A stretch of DNA of 64,000 nucleotides, taken from positions 12,524,001 to 12,588,000 of the forward strand of contig NC_043016.1 in assembly GCF_006345805.1 (NCBI RefSeq). The letters are read 5' to 3'. The DNA is from Octopus sinensis (lineage: Eukaryota). Every line of letters starts with the position of its first letter. Position 1 is the stretch's first letter. Of the stretch, positions 37,611 to 50,940 are shown in pieces. Position numbers and translations under genes: made by a program. The notes below the pieces were generated by a model. That model was given only the letters and a program-made list of their open reading frames with translations, ran no database searches and was not told the origin of the DNA.

Positions 37611-40087
37611 TTAAAAAAGTGTTCTTTCAGTACCAAATCATAACTTCATTGATGCATCCAGAGAAATATCCCAGTTTAGTATAAGGCTGAAAATAAAAGT
37701 GTTTTTTTTTATTAACAAGAGATAAATACGAAACCATGTAGCTGGTCCCTTCTGAATTTTTCAGAGTCAAAATCAGATGAAATCACTTGCACCACAGAGT
37801 GCTCACAGTTTCAAAAGATTGAAATTAAAAATTCTGTCCTTCTTAGATTCCTTTTGGGATCTTTGTGGTTATTCTCACTGTCTACAATTATTGCAATTGT
37901 TTTCAAATTTGGTATATGGATTAAGTTTTGTATATTAATTATGAATATGAAATTTATTTTTCCTATAAATTCATAATTAAAAAGTTACTAACCTTTAACA
38001 TTTTCAAAATTTTTGGTATTTTAGCCAACCAGAAGTGAGTATTTTACACATCACTGTGAAGTTCTGTTAGCATAGTAAGCAAAGAAGCACCACGTGTTCC
38101 ATAGCTGATTGTGAAGAATTCTGTTTCCATAGTAACCAGAGATACTGCACATGTGCATAAGGAGTGTAACCATTGAATTGAGTGTAATCAACGAATTGAG
38201 AGCACCTGGACATCTTTAAAGCATGGAAACAAACACTGGTGTGGGACACATCATTCCATGATTGCCTCTTATCTTTGGGAATTTATGTGGAGAAGGAAAT
38301 CTGAGAAAGATGATTCATTTTATATCATCCTAGAGTTTATTGTTCTTGAGTTTTTAAACTAATAAATGTCTGCTTTAAGCAATGTTTTGACTGTTTTTTC
38401 TAGCAACTCCTATGGTTTACTCATATCTTTAAATATTTAATTTGCTTGCAAATCTTTTAACAGGAAGGATGACTTCCCTTTGCAAACACTGATAGGGCAC
38501 AGAAAGTGTGTCTAAAGCCAGCTGGGGGCTACAAACTACAGTAGCATCCACCCTTAAATGGCAAATATACGTCACGATGTGTTGCAGCTACTGTTTATAA
38601 CTAGCTCTAAGATTTATTATCACTGTTTACTGTTGCTAGTTTAATGTTTTGACAAGCCGTGCACCCCCGATGTTTTCTAATTGACTAGAAATTCTGAAAA
38701 TCATCAAACTTTGAACACCTGTCACATTTTCCCAAACATTTTCTGGAATAAATGAATAACAAATTCGGATTCAGCGTCAAAAATTACATCTATACGATGC
38801 ATCAAAAAAATTTTTTAAGATTTCAACAAGCAGTGACAGTAACCTCAAAGAACCTCCTTTTGCACAATAATTCAGATGGTTCTTTCCATCAGCGAATTTC
38901 TTCTCCAATTGCCCGGCTGACCTTTAACTTTAAACACATTTTGGTTTTTACATTGTCTGAAGTTTAGTCTCCAGTCTCTCATAAATTTTTCCAAGGCACT
39001 AAATTCTCTTGTTACACTACAGTTATTTGTCTTCTTGGTATCTTCAATAACTTTTAGTTTGAATACTGTGGTATACATATTTTTCGTCTGTGATAGGTGT
39101 ACTAGTATGTACCAACCATTCAGAGATATAGTACTCATCATGATTATACTGCTCAATGTATATAATCTGTTGAAGCATAAAAAAATGATGATGGGCTGTA
39201 TTTTTTAATCACCCTAATTATAATAAAGTAATTACAGTACTTCTCTGATAATGAACCTGAGAAATCTGTAACCTAACATTTGTGTGAAAAATATATCAAA
39301 ATACACTATGGGACAAAAATTAATTTTTCTACTGTAATATTTATTATATAGGGTAATCCTTCAACCAACAAATGTTGATTTATCACCTGTGAACATTAAG
39401 GCTAACTTTTACTGAAATTACAGGGAAAATCCCACAAAATAGGACATTTTTTACATGAGATTCACATCATGGCCATGTGGTAACAAGTTTGCTTCCCAAC
39501 CATCTTAGGATCAGTCTCACAGTTATTCATCTTGGGCAAGTGTCTTCTACTATAGCTCCTGGCTGTAGTATTTGGTTGATGGAAACTGAAAGATGGGAAC
39601 CTGCTAGCCTGAGGCACATAACCTCTTTACTAATGATGGTAAGACTACAATCTTTATCAGCAAGGTTATGAAGAAACCCCTGAAATGAAATTCTTCAAAG
39701 CAAAATCCTCCTTCTGGGTGAGATAGAGTTATCTTCCTTGATCAGTTCTGGATGTCTCTGAAACAGGTCAGTTAATGTACAATTACTGTTTACTAATCAG
39801 CAGGTGTGGAAATCCATGGCTCCAACATGAATTTTCTCTCATGAGGGCAATGACTAAACTTTTCACTGTTAGAATGTAAGAGAATTTCTGGGTTCAGCGA
39901 CATTTTTAGGATTCTTGCCCTCTCAACCAAGCAAAGTTTGTATCACCTGCCTCTGTTGAGGAATGGTTCAGGCTGTTCCAGGAGCTTCTATTTAATCCTG
40001 TATGGTGTACCCTCTTCTTTTAAATACCACATATAGTTGGCCAAAGACATAATGTTGTGTCTTTCTGGGATCTTAAATGAGACCCTG

Positions 40088-40408
40088 TTGTTATACTGTT
40101 TCTTCTGCTATTACTGCTCTTATTGCTGGACATGTTCCTGGGGCTGCTGCTGTTGCTGTTGTTATTGTTGCTGATACTCATGCTGCCATTGCTGCTGTTA
40201 CTGCTGAGTGTGCTGTTGGTGCTGCTGTTGTTGGTGGTGCTGCTGTTGCTGCATTTAATGGTGGACATCACTTCTGCTTTGTAGACCATGGCCTCAGAGT
40301 TGCATTAACCACTCACTGGGCATTCACTGTTAATCCTATAGGAACATCCTCCATCTGTGCAGGGTTTAGGGACATTCACAAAAATCTTTTTAACATTAGG
40401 TACACAGC
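40088..40408 (-). mobile_element. Unclassified insert with 14-bp flanking direct repeat and degenerate (CAG/CAA) tail
   Basis: taaatgagaccctg at 40074-40087 and 40409-40422. Confidence 0.5.
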
Positions 40409-40758
40409 TAAATGAGACCCTGAAGTTGTGTCTATTAAATAATCGTCTATATCTACAGGATTATGTGAAATTCTTGCCCACTAATTTAGGGAAGATCCAT
40501 CACATGCAGGTCTTGATGTTGAGTGAGAATGGGGTGGGGGAAAACTAAAAGACTTTACAGCAGTAGCTTTCTTCTGTGGGTGTAAGGTCTTGGCATAAAA
40601 GAAATGTATTCCTTATAACTGCTGCCAAAGTCTCATTGTAATAGGGGGCTGCAGCTTCAAAAAATTTCTTTATTCAAGGACAGATTTGAAATCTTTTTTC
40701 TGACACCTTTCAGCAGGTTCTTAAAAAGTTAACAATGGTAAGATTGGTCACATATGCA

Positions 40759-40825
<67 letters not shown>

Positions 40826-40828
<3 letters not shown>

Positions 40829-41548
40829 TTCTATGAGGAAGAAGTTGGTTTCTAACAAAGATACAAAGCTATCATTGGGATCTAAATAATAAAAACAATA
40901 TCACATTTTAAAGTTGATTGAGTAAAGTCTTGTATATTTTTACTGTTCCACTTACAGATAGTATCTGTAATGTATTAATCAGTTGGTTGATTTCTCTTTC
41001 TGAGAACTTTTGCTTATTCATATTGTTGATTAGGCATTTACTCACAATTCCAAGTGCACCAATTATTATTTGTTTAAATGTGAATTTAGAATCTGAGTAT
41101 AAAAGCTGGATTTTTCAAAGTATTTGTCCATAGTTATTCTTTTTCTCTTTGATTTTCAAAGATATATTCACATCAGCAGGACAGCTGACCTCTATGATGG
41201 TACATCCTTTTTTCTTTTCTGTCCCAAATAACAATATCTGGCCTGTTATGCTTACACTTGACAGATGTTTCGATGGGAATGCTCCACCAGTATTCCTTGC
41301 GTTGATGTTTGTGTACTTATTCAATAAGAAGGGGATTCTCTATATTTATTCCATGACAATCTTTTCTCTCCGGATGGCATTGCATATTGCTTCTGCAACA
41401 ACATTGTGTTGCATTGGGAAGTACTTCCTTGATGACATTTTGGGACAGCTGCTAATTACATGCGTCATGTCTTTCGCAGAAATATGACATAATCTACATT
41501 TACAGTTGCATCTTGGAACTCCTATGGCTTCACTGTCTCATTCTTCTA
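40826..41548 (-). mobile_element. Second RLE (R4-like) LINE family, 3' fragment
   Basis: Minus translation CRLCH....D.THVISSCPK...YFPM.HNVVA...CTIIEVSCPADVN...K...Y...IIIGALG. Confidence 0.8.
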
Positions 41549-41550
41549 AT

Positions 41551-42035
41551 TATGTATGTATGTATGTGTGTATGTATGTATGTATGTATGTATGTATGTA
41601 TGTATGTATGTATGTATGTATGTATGTGTGTATGTATGTATGTGTGTATGTACGTGTATGTATGTATGTATGTAAGATGAATGTATGTATGTGTGTATGT
41701 ATGTATGTATGTGTGTATGTATGTATGCATGAATGTATGCATGCATGCATGTATGTATGTATGCATGAATGTATGTATGAATGTATGTATGTATGTATAC
41801 ATGAATGTATGCATGCATGCATGCATGCATGCATGTATGTATGTATGTATGTATGTATGTATGTATGTATGTATGTATGTATGTATGTATGTATGTATGT
41901 ATGTATGCATGAATGTATGCATGCATGTATGTATGTATGTATGTATGTATGTATGTATGTATGTATGTATGTATGCATGAATGTATGCATGCATGCATGC
42001 ATGTATGTATGTATGTATGTATATATGTATATATG
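41551..42035. repeat. (TATG)n/(CATG)n microsatellite
   Basis: Direct inspection. Confidence 0.95.
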
Positions 42036-42532
42036 TGATTGTTCAGTTTTATTTCAACATGTCTTGCCAATAGAGAAAGAGCCGTTTTCTAACCTAGATT
42101 CAAGTCTCCTTCATTGGAATTTCAACATCAACAACATACATACTAATTTTTGTATGTATGTATGTATGTATGTATGTATGCATGTATGTATGTATGTATG
42201 TGTGTGTGTATATGTATATATATATATATGTGTGTGTATATATGTGTGTATGCATGTATGTATGTTCATATGCATGAAGATACAAAGATCCATTGTTTGA
42301 ATGTTGATAACAAAAACAATGTCACATTTTAAACCTGAGAAAAGTCCCACATATTTTTACTGTTCTGCTTTACAGATTGTATTTGTAATGTGTAATATCA
42401 GAAGGTTGATTTCTTTTTCTGAAAACCCTAGCTTACCTAGATTGTTACTTAGGTTTTTAATTACAAAACTAAACACACTAATTTCTATTGGTATAAATGT
42501 GAATTTATAATCTTTCTATAGAAGCTGTAAGG

Positions 42533-43060
42533 CATAGGTTCTCAAAGTGGGTGCTACCGCCCTTGCTGGGCGTTGAGATGGTCCAGGTGGGTGCTGGTGC
42601 CTGAAGGGATGGTGGTGTGGTAGAGAAAAAGGAGGTGTTAGGAGAAAAGCAGTAGATTGGGGGATGCTATGAATTTATTATAATATTATCATAGTATTGT
42701 ATACAAATTATATAATATTCTTTTCTACTCTAGGCACAAGGCCCAGAATTTTTGTGGAGGGGCCAGTCGATTAGATTGACCCCAGAGCACAACTGGTACT
42801 TAATTTATTGACTCTGAAAGGATGAATGGCAAAGTCATTTCGCCCAGCATGCTAACGTTTCTGCCAGAATGCTAACGTTTCTGCCAGCTTGCCACCTTAC
42901 AAGTTAATAATATTATATTAAATATCAAATGATTCATAGTATATATAAATTAGTAAAATATAAGATATTTATTTATACATAAAAATAGGGGTGGGGCACT
43001 GAGAGGTATTATATAGCTATGAGGGTGGGGGCAGTGGCCCAAAAAATTTGAGAACCTCTG
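42533..43060. mobile_element. hAT/Charlie-type MITE
   Basis: TIRs cataggttctcaaa / tttgagaacctctg; flanks ctgtaagg and ctgtaaac (6/8 TSD match). Confidence 0.75.
42720..42898 (-). mobile_element. SINE family B nested in the hAT MITE
   Basis: Matches 14687-14903; diverged flanking repeat tacaa.tta.taatatt. Confidence 0.85.
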
Positions 43061-43289
43061 CTGTAAACTTTGGAACAGCTGTAGTTTTCTGTTTTCACTT
43101 TGATTTTTGAAGGCATACACATTTTTTTATGAATGTCTCATACAAGAATACCTAGCCTCTTATGTCAACACTTTGATGGGAATGTTCTGCAAGTTTTTCT
43201 TGTGTTGATGTTTATGCATATATTCAATAACAAGGGTAAGGTGCTGGATCTCTATATTCATTCCAGGACGGCTTTTATTTTTTGGCAAC

Positions 43290-43752
43290 AAATCAAAAAA
43301 ATCAAAAAAATCAAATCAAAATCAAAATCGATCAACATCAACGGAAATTGTAGTTGTGGTACCAGTGCCGGTGGCACATAAGAGAACCATCCGAATGTGG
43401 CCGTAGCCAGCACCGCATTGACTGGCCTCTGTGCTGGTGGCATGTAACAAACACCATCCGATCGTGGCCGTTGCCAGCCTCGCCTGGCCTCCATGCCGGT
43501 GACATGTAAAAAGCACCATCCGAGCATGACCGTTCGCCAGTCTTGTCTGGCACCGGTGTGGGTGGCACATAAAAAGCACCCACTACACTCACGGAGTGGT
43601 TGGCATTAGGAAGGGCATCCAGCCATAGAAACACTGCCAGATCAGACTGGAGCCTGGTGCAGCCTCCTGGCTTCCCAGACCCCAGTTGAATCGTCCAACC
43701 CATGCTAGCATGGAAAGCGGACGTTAAATGATGATGATGATGATGATGATGA
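43290..43752 (+). mobile_element. RTE 3' UTR with four ~62-nt modules and (GAT)n tail
   Basis: ggtggca..taaaaagcacc repeated four times; terminal region shared with other copies. Confidence 0.9.
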
Positions 43753-44282
43753 TTGTATTATTCTTTTAACAATAACATGCTGCATTGGGAGGCGGTATCT
43801 TGATATTTTGGGGTAACTGCTGAACATGTATGTAATGTCTGCCATAGAAATATGACATAACTTGCATTTTCAGTTGCATGTAGGGAGTCAAGGGGCTTTA
43901 CTGTCTTTTTCAATTACCAGGTATTTTGAAGCAATCCCCTGTTCTTGGATTGCAAATGTGCAAATGTGTATACTTTCAAGTGTGATGTGGTCTTGTGGCC
44001 CAAGAGCAGTTGCACGTTTTGTTGGTAGAACTGTCACCTTCATGTTTTAAGTACGTATGCACATATTTAAGTTGATATGCAGGTAGATCTATATGTATGT
44101 AGCCAGGTAGATAGATAGGTAGATAGATAGGTAGATAGATAGGTAGATAGATAGGTAGGTAGGTAGGTAGGTGGCCAGCTGTGTAAGTAGGAAGCTAGAT
44201 AAATTTGTGTTGGGACACACATGTATGTTGTTGCGTATGTGAATCTTTTAAAAGATATCATTTAAGAATGCAAACATTAAGC

Positions 44283-45450
44283 ACCACTACCAATACCACC
44301 AGCACCAGCACCACCACCACCACCACTACCACCACCACTACAACCACCACCACCACCGACACAACCACCACCATCACCACCACCATAACCACCACCACCA
44401 CCACCGACACAACCACCACCACCACCATAACCACCACCATAACCATCACCACCACCAATACCACCACCACCAACACAACACCACCACAACCACCACAACA
44501 CCACCACCCACCACAACCACCACCACCACCACCAACACAACACCACCACCACCATCAACCACCACCATAACCACCACCACCATCACCACCACCACCACTA
44601 CAACAACACACTAACACCCACCACCACCACCACCACCACCACCACAACCCCAACCACCACCCACAACCGACACAACCACCCATCACCACCACCATAACCA
44701 CCACCACCACTGACACAACCACCACCACCACCACCACCACCACCATAACCACCACCATAACCATCACCACCACCAATACCACCACCACCAACAACACCAC
44801 CACCAGAACTACCACCACCACCACCACCACTACAACCACCACTACACACACCACCACCACCACCACCACCACCACCACCACCACTACCACCACCACCACA
44901 ACACAACCACCACCACCACCACCACCAAATCCACCACCACCACCACCACCACCACAACCACCACCACCACCACAACCACCAGCAGCACCACCACCACCAC
45001 CACCACCACAACCACCAGCCGCTGCTTCCTCTACCGCTGCTGCCGCTACCGCTGCTGCCACTATCGCAGCAGCAACTAATACTGTTGCTGCCACTGCTGC
45101 TGTTGCTACCACTGCCACTACCCTTGCTGCTCCCATAACCACTGCTGCTCCTGCTGTGGTTAGTTCTGCTGCTGCTGCTACCATTGCTGCCACTACCACT
45201 ACTGCCACTGTTGCTTGCACCACTACCATAGCTGCCCGTGCCACTATGACTGTTGCATCTACTGCTGCTACTGCCTCTTTCACAGTAATTCCTGCTGCCA
45301 CTGCTTTCGCCAATTTTTACCACAGCTCCCTCTGCCTCCGTTGCCACCGTTATTGCTACTACTGCCATCACTTCTCCTGCTATTTCCCCTTCTGTCATTG
45401 CCACCACTTCTGCTGCCAGGGTCACTACCATTACTTCCACTGCCTCAAAT
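44283..45450. repeat. Compound degenerate triplet repeat, (ACC)n grading into (GCT/GCC/ACT)n
   Basis: Direct inspection. Confidence 0.9.
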
Positions 45451-46371
45451 ACTGCCTGACTCAAGTGTTATTTTCAGAGGTTTTAACACTTTCAGTGTCA
45501 ACCTGCAAGACACAACCCTTGATTTTATGACATAAACCTTTAGCTTTAAAGTGATCGAGATTAAAACCTTCCACCAAAATTTCAAGTTAATTTACATTTC
45601 CAACATCAGCTTAATAATGACAAAGTCTTTTTACTGAATTCTTTATTTTCAAAATAAATTGAAACAAAAGCAGAGTATTTCAACAGAAATATGGTAAAAA
45701 AAAAATGTGTTAAATCTCGTAATTTCTTTCAGAACAACTTGAATTAATTATCATATCTAATTTATATACAGTCTATTTTTTTTAAACAAGATTGGTTTTA
45801 AATTATCTCTTTGCTTGTAGGGTTAAATACCAGCTCCTATTACCATACAGAATCCATGTGGATCAACACTGTATCAGGACTATGGAATATGTGTTAATCA
45901 GAGATCCTAAGCACTAGGACAGTGGGAACTTAGTCACCTGATGTGACTGGGATGAGTAGCTTAGGTGCAGTGCTTGAATGATGATGATTTGACATGGCTG
46001 ACTAGACAGACATTCAGCCTGTTTTGCAGGAAGCAAACACAGTCTAGTAATTACAAGAAATATACTCATACGGACGAACGGATATTAGAATAGCTGTATG
46101 ATAATAGGAGCTGGGTGGAAAGATGGGTGGATGGACAGACAGATAGACAGATGGACAGATGGATGGATGGATTGATGGATGGATGGATGGATGGGTGGAT
46201 GGATGGATGGATGGACAGACAATGCACAGACAGACAGATAGAAGGAGAGATGGACTGATTAATTTATCAATAGACAAATATATATATATATATAATATAA
46301 TATATATATATATATAGATAGATAGATAGATTGATTGATAGACAGACAGACAGACAGACAGGCAGACCGAC

Positions 46372-46430
<59 letters not shown>

Positions 46431-46462
46431 GGGGGATAGACACAGACAATGATAATAGGGAA

Positions 46463-46494
<32 letters not shown>

Positions 46495-46536
46495 TAAGTG
46501 AAAAGAAAGGAGAGAGAGAAAGTGAGAAATAGGCGA

Positions 46537-46570
<34 letters not shown>

Positions 46571-47019
46571 TGGGAGAGAGAGAGAAAGAGAGTGGGAGAG
46601 GGAGACATTACAATTTATTAATTGAACATGACTCTGACCTGAACACTCTTCATAAACATAAAAGGAAATTTGATCACAGGGAAGGGAAGAGGGATGAGGA
46701 GAGAGAATAAGGGAGAAAAGAAAAAGAGAGAAGGAGGGAGAGAAACATTAAGAAACTTAATGTCAAAGAAGTCAGCATCAAATCAATGATTTCAGATGAT
46801 TGTCACCCTTGCTGATTTCGATATATGAGTGTCTGAAGGAGAAAAAGAAAGACGACTTTGAAAAGAAAAGAAGCTGCATCTACTTTATGATGGATGCATG
46901 AATGTAATTTGAATTCAGGTGTGGAATTTGATATGAAGGTGCAATGGGAATGTTGGTGATTTTGATTTTGCCTGGGATTGGACAAATGTGTCTGTTGATT
47001 GCAGGATATAATTTTTTAA

Positions 47020-47240
47020 CCCTTTTGTTATTGTATTTCTGTTGAGATGTTCTGTGTTTCTTTCAATCATTTTAAATATAACAAAGAATTTAGTAAAATA
47101 ACTTGGTTATCATTAAGCTAGTGTTAGGAACATAAATTGTGACTAAGGTTTGGTGGAAGATTTTATTTGAAACCTTAAGAAAACAAGACATTTGTACAAC
47201 AGAGCCAGAGCCGGTTTCAGCCGGGTTGGTAACAAAAGGG
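47020..47240 (-). mobile_element. piggyBac-type MITE (same family as 238-446; a diverged copy lies at ~45486-45709)
   Basis: TTAA on both sides; perfect 11-bp TIR cccttttgtta / taacaaaaggg. Confidence 0.88.
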
Positions 47241-47439
47241 TTAAGAGTTCTTTTTCTTCAACTCAAATTGTTCTGATGCATCATGACACATTTTATGCCA
47301 TGAAGATTGATCAAGATGTTAAATTAAGCTGTAGAGACTTTAGTGATTTCTTCAACTTATCCTTAGGCATAAAAACAAGTCTTCCTTTACCGCAGTATCC
47401 CTCTACTTGTTGGTCATACAAAAGTATTTCACATGACAC

Positions 47440-48830
47440 CACCATATGTGTCTTTATGCAGCACAAGTGCAGTTTATGTGGCACTGGCACCTGCAAAGGA
47501 CAAACCTGTATGTACGAATGACAGTGATTTTACTTGGCTTGATGCCATAACTCCTGGTCCCTTGTCATTTCCTCAGTGAGACCCAGTGTCTGTAGATTCT
47601 TTCTCATCACTTTGTCCCATGTCATCCTGGTTCCACCCCTTCCACAGGTTCCTTCCACAATTGGGGATCAGCACTTCTTTAAGCATCTGTCCTCACCCAC
47701 ACACATTACAAGACCAAACCAGCACAGTCTTCTCTCTTGCCCACCACATCTGATGCCTCTTATATCCTATTTTCCTCATAAATTATTTACACTCTGTTGT
47801 GCATGCACACTGACATTACCCATCCAGCAGAGCATGCTAGCTTCATTTCTTCCAAGCTTTTGCAAGCCCTCTGTAGTCAAAGCCCATGTTGCTTGGTTGT
47901 CTAGGTAACAAAGCTATCTACTACTTCTATGTATTCTCCCAAGTGCTTGAGGATGTCTGCTGTTAGTGTATTTTTAGTGCTTATTGTACTCACACATTCA
48001 CCGCACACAAAGACTATATTCTTTGTTAACCTTTCTATAATACTGCCACACCGTTTAAGCATCCAAAGCTTGAACTGGGTGCAACATATGGAGTTTCTAC
48101 AAACACACTTCTTACATATTGAGCATATCTATTACCCACCTAGTGGAGCATGCTAGCTTCATTTCCTTCAACTCTTTGCAAGTCCTCTGCCATCACAACC
48201 CATGTTTCACTACCATGTAGCTTTACAAACAATAACTCTGAGCACCTTTTCAAACTCCACCCGTCTAACACCCGTGGATATATTTACAAAGTCAGAAAAC
48301 AGCACAGCTCCTATGACTTTAGGAAACATTTTTTCACTCTAAGTGTTGCTGAAGCATGAAACAAACTGACGGCATCAGTTGTTAGTTGTCAGAGCACTGC
48401 GTCCTTCAAAACTTCCATGCTTCCTGAGATTTGCCAACACTACACCTGATTTTCTCCCCTCCATACACACACAAGCATGTATCTGACTCATACACTGTTC
48501 GCTTTCTAGAAATTTGTACATTACTGCATATGCTTTATACGCACTTTCTGACAAGTTGTGGTGCACCTGAGCACTGTATACAATAATTTCATTATTATTA
48601 TAGTCTGCATTTCACCCTGGAGAGGCCCTTAGTTACCAACAAACATAGAAGCTCTCTGATCTTTGCCCAGTGTGTTCTTATTCTTGCAACTAAACTTTAA
48701 GAATTTCCTCCTCCACTCCAAACTAGGTCACCTAGGTAACAAAATCTATTTACCTCTCCTAATGATCCTTCCCCCTCACTGAGCATTTGAGGAAGTCTGT
48801 TGTCTGTGCATCCATTGATGAGTAATCTTC
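47440..48830 (-). mobile_element. Fragmented RTE LINE(s), interrupted by a CR1 3' end
   Basis: Minus-strand pieces EGTCG.G....TW, ERNEASML and EVVDSF.YL; similar to 28165-28830. Confidence 0.7.
48222..48602 (+). mobile_element. CR1-clade LINE 3' end
   Basis: NNSEHLFKLHPSNTRG..YKVRKQHSS.DFRKHFFTL; related to 17335-17750; (ATT)n tail. Confidence 0.85.
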
Positions 48831-49044
48831 TGGTCCTTCAGAAATAACAGCAGCAGAGGAAAGTGACACAAACCTGGAGTGGTAAAACTTTATTGTTGCT
48901 CAACAGGAATAACTAGAATGAATGATTTCAACAGTAAATTCTGTTGCTAATATATTAATACATTGATAATCAGCAGCTATTAGTGGCACTAAACAACTGT
49001 TTTCTCTGAGCATATGTTAATCTCATTAACAGTAACTATACTCC

Positions 49045-49468
49045 CTCTTTTACTCTCTTACTTGTTTCAGTCATTTGACTGTGGCCAGGCTGGAGCACCG
49101 CCTTTAGTCAAGCAAATTGACCCCAGGACTTATTCTTTGTAAGCCCAGAACTTATTCTATCGGTCTCTTTTGCCAAACCGCTAAGTTACAGGGACGTAAA
49201 CACAACGGCATCAGTTGTCAAGCGATGTTTGGGGTCAAACACAGACACACAAACATATACACACATACATATATATATATATACATATACGACGGGCTTC
49301 TCTCAGTTTCCTACCAAATCCAATCACCTACCAAATCCAATCACAAGGCCTTGGTCGGCCTGAGGTTATAGTAGAAGACACTTGCCCAAGGTGCCATGCA
49401 GTGGAACTGAACCCAGAACCATGCAGTTCATAAGCAAGCTACTTACCACACAGCCACTCCTACGCCTA
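49045..49468 (-). mobile_element. SINE family A, full length
   Basis: Complete head ggcgtaggagtggctgtgtggtaag, CORE block, microsatellite and tail. Confidence 0.92.
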
Positions 49469-49552
49469 TGTTAAATTAATGCTGATAAAAACCCCCAAGG
49501 TTTTAATTACAGACATATTAGATTATAACAATTTAAAAATATAAAATTATTT

Positions 49553-50018
49553 ATCCCAACCACTTTGTTCCAGGTTCAGTTCCATTGTATGGCACCTTGG
49601 ACAAATGTCTTCTGCGACAGCCTTGGGCTGAGCAAAGCCTTGTGGGTGGATTTGGTAGACGGAACTGAAAGAAGCCCATCATATGTGCGTGTGGTGTGGT
49701 GTGTTTGTGCGTGTGTGTGTGTGTTGTGGTTTGTGTGTGTGTGTTGTGTGTGTGTGTGGTGTTGTGTGTGTGTGGTGTGTGCATGCGTCTGTGTGTGTGT
49801 GTATCTTTGTGATTATGTTTGTTCCCCACCACTACTTGATAACTGGTGTCAGTGTGTTTATGTAACCCCTAAACTTAGTGGTTTGGCAAAAGAGACCTAC
49901 AGAATAAGTATCAGGCTTAAAAAAAAAGTACTGGGGTCGATTCATTCAACCAGAAACCCTTCAAGGCAGTGTCCCAGCATGGTTGCAGTCCAATGACTGA
50001 AACAAGTAAAAGATAAAA
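49553..50018 (+). mobile_element. SINE family A, 5' clipped
   Basis: ggttcagttcc B box, ccttggacaaatgtcttc, (TG)n and tail atgactgaaacaagtaaaag. Confidence 0.88.
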
Positions 50019-50396
50019 GATATAGGTGTATGAAAATCAGACAAATTAAATGGGTGCAGGTGTGACTAAGATGTTTTCCTCTTGAGTTCAGTTCCACTGC
50101 ATGACACCTTGGGCAAGTGTCTTCCAATATAACCCTAGGCTGAAATTGTCAAAAGAATTTATGGACACCTTGTGTATATATTTATATATACACAATGATT
50201 TCAACTGTAAATTCTGTTGCTTCTCTCCTTGTTTTTTCTGTGTCCCTTTCTGTAGAAGAGCGTGGGCTCGTAATGTAAAGGACTTTTTCTATTCCTGAGT
50301 GTTATACTAATACATCTGTTTGTTTTGTACACTACCTGTCTTGGTCTTTTGTTTTTTCCTAAACTCTCCCTATATATATATATTTATATATATATA

Positions 50397-50478
<82 letters not shown>

Positions 50479-50480
50479 TA

Positions 50481-50940
50481 ATCATCATCATCATTTAATG
50501 TCTGCTGTCCATGCTGGCATGGGTTGGATAGTTTGACTAGGCTGGCATGCTGGAAGGCTGCACCAGACTCCGGTCTCATTTGGCATGGTTTTCTATGGCT
50601 GGATGCCCTTCCTAATGCCAACTACTCCAAGAATAAAGGGGTGCTTTTACATGCCATTTGCATGACATCAGAGTGAGTTTACGTACCACTGGCACATGTG
50701 CCAATTTGCATGACACCAGTATCTACCATGACTGTGATTTTGCTCAGCTTGATGAGTCTTCTTCTGAATCACGACATAATGCCAAATGTTGTGGTCATTG
50801 CCTCTGTGAGGCCCACCACTCAAAAGCTTAAAAGGAACTCAGCCACTTGCCTCCGTGAGGCCTAAGGTTCAAAAGATGTACTTTCCATGCCACCAGTATG
50901 GGTGCACTTGGCTTGATAAGTCCTCTCAAGCACAGCACAT
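50481..50940 (-). mobile_element. RTE 3' UTR
   Basis: (cat)n tail and ggctggatgcccttcctaatgccaac. Confidence 0.75.

Larger units (their letters stand above)
42035..44045 (-). mobile_element. Second copy of the same RLE family, interrupted by a hAT MITE and an RTE 3' end
   Basis: Segments 43770-43990, 43070-43270 and 42285-42530 are colinear with 40880-41520. Confidence 0.7.

Noticed and set aside
41506-42350. ORFs up to 264 aa of MYVC/HTYI repeats (likewise 27178-28225 and 52331-53762)
   Set aside because: Pure microsatellite translations
43360-43600. CRISPR-like repeat/spacer appearance
   Set aside because: The spacers are homologous to each other, there are no cas genes, the context is eukaryotic and the units belong to an RTE 3' UTR
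44205-45535. Long ORFs (252 and 288 aa) rich in Gly/Val/Ala/Ser or Thr/Pro
   Set aside because: They are translations of a degenerate (ACC)n/(GCT)n triplet repeat that is open in several frames on both strands; no domain or splice evidence
49390-49468. tRNA-like sequences with A and B boxes (many copies)
   Set aside because: They are SINE heads: no complete cloverleaf, and each is fused to a SINE body
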